The notes under the pieces were generated by a model. The model did not search any database, was not told the origin of the DNA, and saw only the letters and a program-made list of their open reading frames with translations. From positions 32,001-96,000 of the forward strand of contig JBJOMY010000002.1 in the NCBI GenBank assembly GCA_046052125.1: a DNA stretch of 64,000 nt. The letters are read 5' to 3'. This document shows positions 51,353 through 61,462 of this stretch, piece by piece. The DNA comes from Cyanobacteriota bacterium (GTDB taxonomy: Bacteria > Cyanobacteriota > Cyanobacteriia > PCC-6307 > Cyanobiaceae). Position 1 is the stretch's first letter; the number at the start of each line of letters is the position of its first letter. Made by a program: the position numbers and the translations under genes.

Positions 51353-51535
51353 TCAGCTTTTGCGCCAACGGATAAACATGGGGATCAGCACCAGGCCCAC
51401 CAGGAGACCCACGGGGTTCTGAAGCACCACCCAGCCGCAGACTCCCACGGAGAACATCAAGATCACGCGAGCCATCACTCGCCCGGATCGACTTCGGTAG
51501 AAACCGCGGCTATAGACAGGGTCGTAGAGGGCCAC
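51353..51535 (-). CDS. Possible small membrane protein
   Basis: Hydrophobic ILMFSVGVCGWVVLQNPVGLLVGLVLIPMFI; start uncertain. Confidence 0.4.
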   Translation of the reverse strand: MALYDPVYSRGFYRSRSGRVMARVILMFSVGVCGWVVLQNPVGLLVGLVLIPMFIRWRKS

Positions 51536-51556
51536 GCAGCCTCCCTGCAAAACCAG

Positions 51557-52258
51557 ATGACTCACCCATCTTGGAAACGCTGGCAGGGATCGCAACGGCG
51601 CATTGGCCTCACCGGCGGCATTGCCACCGGGAAGAGCACCGTGGGGCGCTGGCTGGAGCAGCAGGGCCTGCCGGTGTTGGATGCGGATGTCTACGCCCGT
51701 GAAGCGCTCAGGCCAGGAACCGCTGCCACCAAAGCCGTTCTGGAGCGTTACGGAGAACGCGTTGAGTCAACGAGCGGCGAAGGACAGAGCGCTGTGATTG
51801 ATCGAGGGGCTCTTGGAGCAATCGTGTTTCATGACCCCGCCGAAAAGGCTTGGCTCGAAGCCCTGATCCACCCTCTGGTGCGCGCACGCTTTGAGCAAGA
51901 ACTCACCGGCTTGAGCCACGAGACCACGGTGGTGTTGATAATCCCCCTGCTGTTTGAAGCGGGCCTGGAGGAGCTGTGCAGCGAGATCTGGCTGGTGGAT
52001 TGCACAGAGAACCAGCAACTGGAGCGACTGATGCAGCGGGATGGACTGAGTGAGGCGGGGGCCCAGGCACGGATCAACGCGCAGTGGCCAATGGAGCAGA
52101 AACGTCGACTGTCGGACCACCTGATCGCGAACCAGGGAGATCCAGAAGCTCTGGTGCGAGAGCTTCGCGATCAGCTCGGCTTAGGCGGCTCAGGGGTATT
52201 CCTGGATTCCACCAGCTCAGTACGGGGCAATGGATCCTGCTGGCGATCGGCCACATAG
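51557..52258 (+). CDS. coaE: Dephospho-CoA kinase
   Basis: IGLTGGIATGKST, LDAD, LIHPLV, IPLLFE. Confidence 0.94.
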   Translation: MTHPSWKRWQGSQRRIGLTGGIATGKSTVGRWLEQQGLPVLDADVYAREALRPGTAATKAVLERYGERVESTSGEGQSAVIDRGALGAIVFHDPAEKAWLEALIHPLVRARFEQELTGLSHETTVVLIIPLLFEAGLEELCSEIWLVDCTENQQLERLMQRDGLSEAGAQARINAQWPMEQKRRLSDHLIANQGDPEALVRELRDQLGLGGSGVFLDSTSSVRGNGSCWRSAT

Positions 52259-52440
52259 GTTTTGCACAACCGAGCCCCGATGTGGTTATCGGTCCTGGAA
52301 ACGTAGTCACTCTCCCGGCCCAGGTTGCCGAGATGCCTGCGCCTATACATCCGGCAGTTGATCTCAACCAGCAGGAAGAAGATCGATACGAAAGAAAGAC
52401 AAAAAGCCAGAACGACATCGGAGCGTCCTAAGCCTGAGCT

Positions 52441-53913
52441 TTAGCCCTTGAGTTTCTGAGTGAGGATCTGGTTCGCGAGCTTTGGATCTGCCTTGCCGCC
52501 GGTTTTCTTCATCAGCTGACCGACAAAGAAGCCCTGCAGCTTGGTCTTGCCGCCGCGGAAGGCTTCCACCTGTTCTGGGTGCGCCGCCAGCAATTCCTCA
52601 ACGATCGCTGTGATCGCCGCCGGGTCACTGATCATTCCCAGACCGCGCTCTTCGACGATCGCCGCCGGTGAGCCCCCCTTCTCCAGAAGCTCGGGCAGGA
52701 TCTCCTTGGCGATCTTGCCGCTGATCGTGCCGCCGTCGATCAGCGTGACCATCTCCGCCAGCTGCTCCGGGCGGAAGGCGAGCTCGGAGTAGCTGAGGCG
52801 ATTGGCATTCACATAGGCGGCGATATCGCCGGCGATCCAGTTGGCCACACCCTTGGCGTCTGCCCCGGCCGCCACAGCAGCTTCAAAGAACTCCGCCATC
52901 GGCCGCTCATCGGTGAGCACACGGGCGTCGTATTGCGAGAGTCCGAATTCCTCGGCGTAGCGGTGACGCTTGGCCGCCGGCAGCTCCGGCAGCTCAGCGC
53001 GCCAACCCTCGCGCAGATCGGCACCCACCTCAATCGGGCCAAGATCCGGATCGGGGAAATAGCGATAGTCGCTGGCGCCTTCCTTACCGCGCATGCTCTT
53101 GGTGAGCTGTTTGCCCTCATCCCAGAGGCGGGTTTCCTGCACCACCGGCTCTCCGGTTTCGTAGGCCTTGATCTGGCGCTGAATCTCGTATTCACAGGCC
53201 CGTTGGATGGCAGAGAAGGAGTTCATGTTCTTGATCTCCACCTTCGTGCCGAAGGGCGCATCAGGCCCGCGGCGCACGGAGATGTTCACATCGCAGCGCA
53301 GGGAGCCCTCCTGCATATTTCCGTCGCTGACCCCCAGGTACCGCATGATCCGGCGGATCTCGGAGGCGTATTCCGCCGCCTCACGGCCCGTGCGGAGATC
53401 GGGCTTACTGACGATTTCAGCGAGGGCCACACCGGCGCGGTTGTAATCCACCAGTGAATGGGTCGAGCCCGCCAGGCGGTCACTGCCGGCATGCACCAAC
53501 TTGCCGGCGTCTTCCTCCATGTGCAGGCGCTCAATGCCGATGCGCTTGAGGTAGCTGTCTTTGCCTTTTTCAGCCACCTCGACTTCGATCCAGCCGTCTT
53601 CAGCGATCGGCTCATCGTATTGGGAGATCTGGTAGTTCTTCGGCAGATCGGGATAGAAATATTGCTTACGATCGAACTTGCTGTGCTCAGCGATGTTGAG
53701 ATTGAGGGCCATGGCCGCCTTCACCGCATACTCGAGCACCTTCTGATTGAGCACTGGCAGGGTGCCGGGCAGCCCGCACACCACAGGATCAATGTGGGTG
53801 TTGGGGTCATCACCGAAGGCAGTCGAGGCGCTGGTGAAGATCTTGCTGTTGGTCCCCAACTGCACGTGGGTCTCCAGGCCGATCACTGCTTCCCAGGCCG
53901 CCTCAGCTGCCAT
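52441..53913 (-). CDS. gatB: Asp/Glu-tRNA amidotransferase subunit B
   Basis: IGLETHVQL, RKQYFYPDLPKNYQISQ, HMEEDAGK, DYRYFPDPDL. Confidence 0.98.
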   Translation of the reverse strand: MAAEAAWEAVIGLETHVQLGTNSKIFTSASTAFGDDPNTHIDPVVCGLPGTLPVLNQKVLEYAVKAAMALNLNIAEHSKFDRKQYFYPDLPKNYQISQYDEPIAEDGWIEVEVAEKGKDSYLKRIGIERLHMEEDAGKLVHAGSDRLAGSTHSLVDYNRAGVALAEIVSKPDLRTGREAAEYASEIRRIMRYLGVSDGNMQEGSLRCDVNISVRRGPDAPFGTKVEIKNMNSFSAIQRACEYEIQRQIKAYETGEPVVQETRLWDEGKQLTKSMRGKEGASDYRYFPDPDLGPIEVGADLREGWRAELPELPAAKRHRYAEEFGLSQYDARVLTDERPMAEFFEAAVAAGADAKGVANWIAGDIAAYVNANRLSYSELAFRPEQLAEMVTLIDGGTISGKIAKEILPELLEKGGSPAAIVEERGLGMISDPAAITAIVEELLAAHPEQVEAFRGGKTKLQGFFVGQLMKKTGGKADPKLANQILTQKLKG

Positions 53914-54006
53914 GTCCCGTCTCCAAGCGTGCCTCGATCCTATGGAAGAGGCCCTGGGGCCAGGGGTCCGTCAAGCTGAAACACTTAACCCTGCTCCCAA
54001 CGCTGC

Positions 54007-55116
54007 GTGATGGCGGTGCTGATCCTGGGTGGCGGCCTGATGGGTCTGGCCCTCGCCCACCAATTGGCGCGCAACGGTCAACGGGTGGAAGTGTTGAGCC
54101 GGCGCCGCAGCGAAGCCGCGGGCTTTGTGGCCGCGGGGATGCTGGCTCCCCATGCCGAGGGGCTGAGCGGCGATCTGCTGCGCCTGGGCCAAATCAGCCT
54201 CGAGCGGATTCCCGACTGGGTCAAGCAGATCGAAGCAGACAGCGGGGTGAACTGCGGCCTACGCCCCTGCGGGATCGTGGTGCCCTTTGCTTCAGAGGCA
54301 GAGCGGGATGTGTATCCCACCGCCCGCTGGGGCACGGCGCTGAACCGCCAGCAATTGGAAGAGGAGGTTCCTGGCATCGGGCCTGGCTGGCAAGCCGGAT
54401 TGCTGTTCTCCCAGGACGGGCAGATCGACAACCGCCGCCAGCTGATGCGCGCCCTCGAGCGCTCCTGCGTCGATCTGGGGGTGCGCTTCCAAGAGGGCCT
54501 TGAGGTGCTCGAGGTCCTCCAGAGCCAGCAACAACTCCAGGGGGTGCGGGTCCGCAATGCAGAAGGCGACCTCGAAACCCTGAGGGCTGATCAGGCGGTG
54601 CTGTGTTGTGGGGCCTGGAGCGGACAACTGCTGCCCGATCTGCCGATCCACCCGGTGAAGGGACAGATGCTCTCGTTGCAGGGGCCAAGAGACGCCTTGC
54701 AGCGGGTGATTTTTGGACCTGGCACCTATTTGGTGCCCAGGGAGGACGGCCTGCTGGTGGTGGGCGCCACCAGCGAACGCGAGGCGGGGTTCACCGGCGG
54801 TCTGACCCCCTTCGGGCAGCGACAACTCCAGGCGGGGATCGCGGCCCTGCTGCCGGAAGCCGAACACTGGCCACCGATGGAGCGCTGGTGGGGCTTCCGT
54901 CCCTGCACCCCCGATGAAGGTCCTCTGCTGGGAGCCAGCAGGATCAAAGGTCTATGGCTGGCAGCAGGGCATCACCGCAATGGGGTTCTGCTGGCGGCGA
55001 TCACCGCCGAGCTGCTGCGCGGATGCCTGCTCGAGGAGGAGCTCTCCCTGGAGCACCAGCAGCTGCTCGAAGCCTTCAGCTACCGGCGCTTCGAGCGGGA
55101 CAAACGCTTCGACTGA
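54007..55116 (+). CDS. thiO: Glycine oxidase ThiO
   Basis: ILGGGLMG, AAGMLAP, PVKGQM, GFRPCTPD, GHHRNGVLLA. Confidence 0.9.
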   Translation: MMAVLILGGGLMGLALAHQLARNGQRVEVLSRRRSEAAGFVAAGMLAPHAEGLSGDLLRLGQISLERIPDWVKQIEADSGVNCGLRPCGIVVPFASEAERDVYPTARWGTALNRQQLEEEVPGIGPGWQAGLLFSQDGQIDNRRQLMRALERSCVDLGVRFQEGLEVLEVLQSQQQLQGVRVRNAEGDLETLRADQAVLCCGAWSGQLLPDLPIHPVKGQMLSLQGPRDALQRVIFGPGTYLVPREDGLLVVGATSEREAGFTGGLTPFGQRQLQAGIAALLPEAEHWPPMERWWGFRPCTPDEGPLLGASRIKGLWLAAGHHRNGVLLAAITAELLRGCLLEEELSLEHQQLLEAFSYRRFERDKRFD

Positions 55117-55172
55117 AGCCATTCCACAAAACTTTCCGACAGATCGCCCTGATGCCCCAGGCTTTTGCGACA

Positions 55173-55204
55173 TAAAAAAGCCGGGGTGCTCTCGCAACCC
55201 CGGC
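55173..55204 (-). terminator. Rho-independent terminator of ndk
   Basis: A tract then GCCGGGG...CCCCGGC hairpin on +. Confidence 0.75.
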
Positions 55205-55230
55205 CGGGACCGTGCTCTGAAAGGGCTTGA

Positions 55231-55689
55231 TCAGCCTTCGACGCGCCAGGTCTGATCAGAAGGGGTCCAGTCGCTGAGCTCAGAGGCCTGGAACCAGAGA
55301 CCGATCTCGAACTGGGCGGTTTCCGGGGCGTCGGAACCGTGGATCACGTTGCGGCCGATGTTCACGGCCAGGTCACCACGGATGGTGCCGGGCTCGGCCT
55401 CGAGGGGCTTGGTGGCACCGATCAGCTTGCGGGCGCTGGCGATCACGCCGTCGCCTTCCCACACCATCGCCACCACGGGGCCGGAGGTGATGAAGTCAAC
55501 GAGGCCAGCGAAGAAGGGACGCTCACGGTGCACGCCGTAGTGGCTCTCGGCCAGCTCACGGCTGGGGGTGAGCTGTTTGAGGCCCACCAGCTTGAAGCCC
55601 TTGCGCTCGAAGCGGCCGAGGATCTCGCCCACCAGCCCGCGCTGAACACCATCGGGCTTGATGGCAACAAAGGTGCGCTCGGCAGCCAT
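55231..55689 (-). CDS. ndk: Nucleoside diphosphate kinase
   Basis: [30 protein letters not shown]. Confidence 0.98.
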   Translation of the reverse strand: MAAERTFVAIKPDGVQRGLVGEILGRFERKGFKLVGLKQLTPSRELAESHYGVHRERPFFAGLVDFITSGPVVAMVWEGDGVIASARKLIGATKPLEAEPGTIRGDLAVNIGRNVIHGSDAPETAQFEIGLWFQASELSDWTPSDQTWRVEG

Positions 55690-55803
55690 AACTCAAAACG
55701 TTGTATCCGGCCCATCGTCCGTGGCCGCCCTGCCGCTTGGCAAGCAGACCTGGCACAGCGGGCGTCAGTCCTTAGATTTCCGCCATTGCCCTGCTCCCGG
55801 TTG

Positions 55804-57738
55804 ATGGTCGCCGCTGAACACACCGGCTGGAGCGTGAATGACAGTGCAGCCCTCTACGGCCTTGATCGCTGGGGGGATCCCTATTTCTCGGTGAATGGGC
55901 GCGGGCACATCAGTGTTCAACCCAAAGGTGAGCGGGGCGGAAGCCTCGATCTGCTGGATCTGGTCCAGGGTCTTGAGGGGCGCAATCACACCCTCCCCCT
56001 ACTGATCCGCTTCGACGACATCCTCGAAGATCGCCTCGAACGCCTACACGCCGCCTTCGAGCGCGCGATCGCTCAATACGGATACAACGGTCGCTACCAG
56101 GGTGTGTTCCCTGTGAAGTGCAACCAGCAGCGCCACGTGGTCGAAGAACTGGTGGCCTGCGGCAAACGCTGGCACTTCGGGCTGGAGGCCGGCAGCAAGG
56201 CGGAATTGCTGATCGCCCTCTCGCTGATCGATGACCAGGAAGCGCTGCTGATCTGCAACGGATACAAGGATCAGCGCTACATCGAGACCGCCATCCTCGC
56301 CAGGCGCCTCGGCCGGCAACCGGTGGTGGTGATTGAGCAGGCCGATGAGGTCGAACGCATCATCCAAGCCAGCAAAGGGCTGGGCGCCGCCCCCTTCATC
56401 GGCATCCGCGCCAAGCTTTCGAGTCGCAGCACCGGGCGCTGGGGCAGCTCCGTGGGGGCCAAGGCCAAATTCGGCCTCTCCATTCCCGACCTGCTGGCCA
56501 CGGTTGAGGCCCTGCGGCAAGCCGATCTGCTGAACGATCTGAAGTTGCTGCACTTCCACGTCGGCAGCCAGATCAATGACATCGCCGTTCTCAAGGACGC
56601 CCTCCAGGAAGCGGGGCAGATCTATGTCGAACTGACCAAGCTCGGGGCCCCCATGGGGTTCCTCGATGTGGGCGGAGGCCTGGGGGTGGATTACGACGGG
56701 AGCCGCACCGCCACGGCTGCCTCCACCAACTACTCCCTGCAGAACTACGCCAACGATGTGGTCGCCACTGTGCGCGAGTGCTGCGAACCCCATGGCGTCC
56801 CGGTGCCCACCCTGGTCAGTGAAAGCGGACGGGCGATCGCCAGTCACTTCTCGGTGTTGGTGTTCAACGTGCTGGGGCAAAGCGCTGTGCCGAGCGGTTG
56901 CCCCGCCGCCAGCGACAACGAAGCCCTGACAGTCCGCAACCTGCGGCAAACCCTGGCGGAGATCGCCGCAGTGGAGGGGGGGCAGACCAGCGACACCTCC
57001 AAATTGCAGGAGGCCTGGAACGACGCCCTCAAGTTCAAAGATGACGCCCTGAACGCGTTCCGCCTGGGCTATCTGGGCCTGACCGAACGATCCGTGGCGG
57101 AGCAGCTCACCTGGGCCTGCGCCCAGACCATCGCCTCGAAACTTCCCAACAGCGACACCATCCCCGAGGAGCTCAAGAACCTCAAAGCGGAACTGGCCTC
57201 CACCTTCTACGCCAACCTCTCGGTGTTCCGGTCCGCCCCCGACAGCTGGGCAATTGAGCAGCTGTTTCCCCTGCTGCCCATCCATCGGCTCAACGAGAAG
57301 CCCCAGGAACTCGGGCACTTCGCCGATCTCACCTGTGACTCCGATGGCAAGTTGGCGCGCTTCATCGCCCAGGGCCAGAGCAAGCCGCTCCTGGAGCTGC
57401 ATCACCACAATCCCGATGAGCCCTATCTGATCGGACTGTTCCTGGGCGGGGCCTATCAGGAGGTGATGGGTAACCTGCACAACCTGTTCGGCAGCACCAA
57501 TGCGGTGCACATCCGCTTGTCACCAGGAGGGGGCTACCAGGTGGATCACGTGGTGCGCGGAAACACCAACGCCGAGGTGCTGGAGGCGATGGAGCACAGC
57601 CCTGAACTGCTGCTGGAACGCCTGCGAGTCGCCAGTGAAACCGCGATCCAACGGGGCGACCTCAAAATCCAGGAGGCCCGTCGCCTGATGGATCATCTGG
57701 AAACCAGCCTGCGGCAAACCACCTACCTGCAGAACTAG
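55804..57738 (+). CDS. speA: Biosynthetic arginine decarboxylase
   Basis: FPVKCNQ, GLEAGSKAE, HFHVGSQI, DVGGGLG, DLTCDSDG, GAYQEVMGNLHNLFG. Confidence 0.96.
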   Translation: MVAAEHTGWSVNDSAALYGLDRWGDPYFSVNGRGHISVQPKGERGGSLDLLDLVQGLEGRNHTLPLLIRFDDILEDRLERLHAAFERAIAQYGYNGRYQGVFPVKCNQQRHVVEELVACGKRWHFGLEAGSKAELLIALSLIDDQEALLICNGYKDQRYIETAILARRLGRQPVVVIEQADEVERIIQASKGLGAAPFIGIRAKLSSRSTGRWGSSVGAKAKFGLSIPDLLATVEALRQADLLNDLKLLHFHVGSQINDIAVLKDALQEAGQIYVELTKLGAPMGFLDVGGGLGVDYDGSRTATAASTNYSLQNYANDVVATVRECCEPHGVPVPTLVSESGRAIASHFSVLVFNVLGQSAVPSGCPAASDNEALTVRNLRQTLAEIAAVEGGQTSDTSKLQEAWNDALKFKDDALNAFRLGYLGLTERSVAEQLTWACAQTIASKLPNSDTIPEELKNLKAELASTFYANLSVFRSAPDSWAIEQLFPLLPIHRLNEKPQELGHFADLTCDSDGKLARFIAQGQSKPLLELHHHNPDEPYLIGLFLGGAYQEVMGNLHNLFGSTNAVHIRLSPGGGYQVDHVVRGNTNAEVLEAMEHSPELLLERLRVASETAIQRGDLKIQEARRLMDHLETSLRQTTYLQN

Positions 57739-58015
57739 ATCAACGACCGGCAGGCCCAGAGATATCTCGAAGCCATTAAAAGACCCACCCAATAAGCAAA
57801 GTCACCCATATATTTGACAAGAAAAAGCAAGATAAAAAAGTACTTTTTCGAGCATGACTTCACCAGTCTTACCGGCACAAAGGGTGGGCCCCCGCCAGGC
57901 GCAAGTCGCTGGCGGAGGATAAATAGGCTGGCATGGGACTCAGGCTACAGAATTACCCTTGCCTCGACCAGAGCATGCCCACCCCAAAATCAGCCGCTAT
58001 TGCGACTAGAAGCCA

Positions 58016-58945
58016 CTAAATTGCCGGCAGACCGAGAGCTCTGGCACAGCTAGAGTTTCGATTATCAACCGGGATCGAGATCCGAAGGTTGTCATTTAAA
58101 TATTCAAGCCTGATGCAATTCTCAGGCATCCGCGCATACTTTGCAATCACAGAAGCCTTTGCGAATTTTGCAATGTAGGTATTTGCAGTTGGAGTAATCG
58201 TCCGCAGTGCATTTGTCGCAGCAGTGCTGGCGATTTTGCGCATCGTGCGATCCGGGAGCAGAGAATCAATACCACCAAGATCAAACGACCCCGAAACACC
58301 CACACTTGACTGAGGCTTAAGAGTCAGATTATTATTAAAGAGTAGGTTGATTTGTATCGCTGGGCTGTTCCAGTTCACGTCCGGGCATGCATTATCTATC
58401 CAACCGCCTGGTCCAGCGGGATCGCCATGGCAGAGCAACTTTGCTCGCGAGAAAGGAATAGTAAAACGCAAGCCTCCTGGAATGGGGGCAACGCTTTCAA
58501 CACCACTGGAAATCGGATCCCCTACGCGGACCTTAATATCAAGTGGACTGACGTTACTCGTGTACTTGAACAGTGTGCCGTCAGCTATGACTGCTGTCGA
58601 ATGCGGATTCTGCCTAAAATTGATCGAGGGAATCTCCTGAGGTCCCAAACGCCAATCTAGCTTGGTCTGGCCACCCCAGCCGGTGGAATAAATTTTGAAG
58701 CCAGATTGAGAAAAGTAGGGATTCAACAGCGCTGCAAGCGCTGTGTTGTTGCACGAGACGCCAACCTGCGGTGATGCTTGGGTCGGAAATGCCGCCACAA
58801 CGCATCCTTCGCGCATTAGGGCAGCTGCCGCCTGACTAACAGCCTGCTGCGAGGGGACAGCTGCCGATACAGGAGTGCTAGCAGTTGCGAAGACAGAGAA
58901 TCCTGCTAGCAATACTGCTGTTTTACGATGGCCAGATGAAATCAT
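58016..58945 (-). CDS. Secreted hypothetical protein (low GC)
   Basis: Signal peptide MISSGHRKTAVLLAGFSVFATASTPVSA, ~309 aa, several Cys. Confidence 0.7.
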   Translation of the reverse strand: MISSGHRKTAVLLAGFSVFATASTPVSAAVPSQQAVSQAAAALMREGCVVAAFPTQASPQVGVSCNNTALAALLNPYFSQSGFKIYSTGWGGQTKLDWRLGPQEIPSINFRQNPHSTAVIADGTLFKYTSNVSPLDIKVRVGDPISSGVESVAPIPGGLRFTIPFSRAKLLCHGDPAGPGGWIDNACPDVNWNSPAIQINLLFNNNLTLKPQSSVGVSGSFDLGGIDSLLPDRTMRKIASTAATNALRTITPTANTYIAKFAKASVIAKYARMPENCIRLEYLNDNLRISIPVDNRNSSCARALGLPAI

Positions 58946-59357
58946 CAGAAAGCCTGAAGAAGCACATCCGAACAGTAGCCAGACTGCAGACAAACGGCTG
59001 AGGCCTTATTTTTTTTCAATATTCAAACAACAGAAGGCTCAGGCTTTTGAGGCGATCAAACGATTGAACAGCGAGAATTCACACGCTGCACCTTGACCAT
59101 CCGCCTGGTAGATGCGCGGCTGCCATAGGAGTGGAAGCTTAATGGTCGCCGCAACTTATCCGAGCTCTCGAAAGCAAAGCAACAATAGCGGCGCTGAGTA
59201 TTAAGATCAAAGAACAAATGCCCTTTACGACATTGACTGATCACAGATCTGGCTTAGACGAAAAGCCACGCCCCCTATACAGAAGGGCATTAAAACACGT
59301 AGAGAACTCAGAGCCTCCTCTATTTGTAGCCTACTAAGCTATATTGCAGAGAATATC

Positions 59358-61034
59358 TCACTTTGAAAACGCTTGCTGAAGCAGTCCAGACAAGGCCGAA
59401 AGCAACGCACAAGCTAGTTGCTCGCTAAACGTCTGGCCCGTACATGCAGCGGCAGTGGGAGCTCCCATGCCAGGGGGAATCATCTCTTCTGTGGTATCGA
59501 ATTCGCCCTGATCATCGCCACCCGTCAAAGCTGGGTCGCCTCCCTGATCTCCAAGATCTGAACTTGGATCTCCAACACTTGGGTCACCATCGACAACAGC
59601 ATCGCCTCCCGCCATTTCATCTGACAAGCAGGACTGAGAATCAGGATCCAAGTAACTACCAGACGGACAATCTCCCTGACCACCCGAAGGGGAGCCTGAC
59701 GCACCGCCTAAATCCGAGGGTGGCTGAGCTTCTGAGTCTTGACCAGGAAATGGCGTCGACGGCTTTCCTTGCATTGTCTCAACGCACCCAGAAAAGTCCT
59801 GAGCCTTTAAACAGTACTCGGCAATTTGTGGGTCAACCTGGGAAACTAGATTTGAGTGATCAAGCGATCGAGCGCCATGAAGCGCATCAACCAACGCCGT
59901 GAGAGCAACACCGACGTGGGGGGAGCTGTCAGAAGTGAACAAGCCAAAAGATCCTAGACTTGCCACTAGAGCTCGGGACGAATCAAAAGTCATACCGCCC
60001 CCTGAGTCTCCTGGCATCAAATAAGACTGACTTGAATTAGGCTTCACAATTTTCTTAAGATCAATTATTCGCCGCAAAGAAGACTTTGCGCTATCCGAAA
60101 GCACCTGAGCTACGTCCTGCGATAAACCGATCAAACGCAGTGGCATAGCAACTTCAGCAACCTTAAAGCTTGACTGGTTACGTCCGTCAACAAATAACAC
60201 CAAGGCATTGTTAACAGTCAGAACAAGCATTGGGCGACTCTCGCCCGACAACGACCTCCAGACAGCCTCCCTGGCGATAATGCCAAACCTGGAAGCCTTA
60301 CCATTGTTGGCCTTCAGGAAATCAGCATAACTTCCATACAAAGGAAATGCATAGCCATCGGAAGAACGAACGAGGGAAGAAGGCTTTTTGGCGCCAAGGT
60401 ATTTCCCAAATTCGGCAGGACTGATTACCCCTGTATACAAGCAGCGAGAAAGATTTCCACCAAAGCCCTGATAAGTAGAAAGCGAGTTCTTTAGGCTGGA
60501 AGCGATAGCAGCCGCCTTGGCTCCATAAAGCCTGGATCGGAAACCTTTAACGATCTGACCGTCTCGACGAAAAGAACGGCAAACGAGAACAGGCTTTCTC
60601 AGAGGAACAAAACGTGACTTTTGGGTTTTAGGCAGTGGCCTTGAATCACCCAGAGGGCTAGGTAATGGAGCCGAGGGATCAAGTGGGCTAGTGGAAAGCT
60701 CTTTAGAAGGCGGCGTTGCATTCGGACCGGGCACCAGAGGGAAACGCGTTACCGGCGGCTTGACCGGCTTGGGCGAAGTCAGCGATGGCGTAGCACTTGG
60801 ACCAGGCACCACAGGGAAACGGGTAACTGGTGGTTTGAGTTGGTAATTCAGGCCGCCAGCAGAGGGCTTAAGGGGCGTTAGGCCGGTCTTAGGCACACCT
60901 GAGGGCGGCGAAGTCTTGTAGAGCGTTGAAGAGGATGGAGTTTGTTGGGCCAGCAAGGGGTAAGCACCTGCTCCCCAGGCAGACATTGCTCCTAATCCAG
61001 TGATGAAGCAGGCAAGCTTTCGTTTGACCTGCAT
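59358..61034 (-). CDS. Secreted modular hypothetical protein (low GC)
   Basis: 558-aa ORF with signal peptide, Pro-rich repeats and a Gly/Asp-rich Cys-containing tail. Confidence 0.75.
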   Translation of the reverse strand: MQVKRKLACFITGLGAMSAWGAGAYPLLAQQTPSSSTLYKTSPPSGVPKTGLTPLKPSAGGLNYQLKPPVTRFPVVPGPSATPSLTSPKPVKPPVTRFPLVPGPNATPPSKELSTSPLDPSAPLPSPLGDSRPLPKTQKSRFVPLRKPVLVCRSFRRDGQIVKGFRSRLYGAKAAAIASSLKNSLSTYQGFGGNLSRCLYTGVISPAEFGKYLGAKKPSSLVRSSDGYAFPLYGSYADFLKANNGKASRFGIIAREAVWRSLSGESRPMLVLTVNNALVLFVDGRNQSSFKVAEVAMPLRLIGLSQDVAQVLSDSAKSSLRRIIDLKKIVKPNSSQSYLMPGDSGGGMTFDSSRALVASLGSFGLFTSDSSPHVGVALTALVDALHGARSLDHSNLVSQVDPQIAEYCLKAQDFSGCVETMQGKPSTPFPGQDSEAQPPSDLGGASGSPSGGQGDCPSGSYLDPDSQSCLSDEMAGGDAVVDGDPSVGDPSSDLGDQGGDPALTGGDDQGEFDTTEEMIPPGMGAPTAAACTGQTFSEQLACALLSALSGLLQQAFSK

Positions 61035-61154
61035 CGGGGCGGTCCCAGAGAGATGTCCTTCAGATAGCAGCTCTGCTCAGAGAACGACAACGCTTAGACG
61101 CCATTGTTCATTTACTCGAATCGTCTAAACACTCTTGGGGATCCGGAAGATGCC

Positions 61155-61358
61155 TCAGAGCGCGCAGCTGGGGTGGGCCATCAAGTCGTGGGCCACGTCA
61201 TACGGGGTGTCCTGGGGCTGCAGCCAGGTGGAGCAGTGAAGGGGCTCATCCCCTGGTCGCTCCGCATCGCGGCAGCCTTCCAGGCGAAGACGGCTCCCCA
61301 ACAGCACCAGCTGGAAGCTCCAGTGCTGGCGGGCTTGGATTTCAAAGCTGCTGGCCAT
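61155..61358 (-). CDS. Small hypothetical protein
   Basis: 67-aa ORF with host-like GC, downstream of alaS on the same strand. Confidence 0.5.
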   Translation of the reverse strand: MASSFEIQARQHWSFQLVLLGSRLRLEGCRDAERPGDEPLHCSTWLQPQDTPYDVAHDLMAHPSCAL

Positions 61359-61462
61359 GGCGTGCAGCTCCTCGGCGTTTGATACCAGAAGGATTCCCCC
61401 GCTGTTTCAGGGCGCCAGCCAGCAGGAACGGTTCCTGATCCGGCTGGCCCTGACGCAGGGCC

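Noticed and set aside
52171..52440. Open frame with a TM-like stretch (VVLAFCLSFVSIFFLLV) in frame after the gatB stop
   Set aside because: No start codon before the hydrophobic segment and it overlaps coaE; could be a remnant but cannot be supported.
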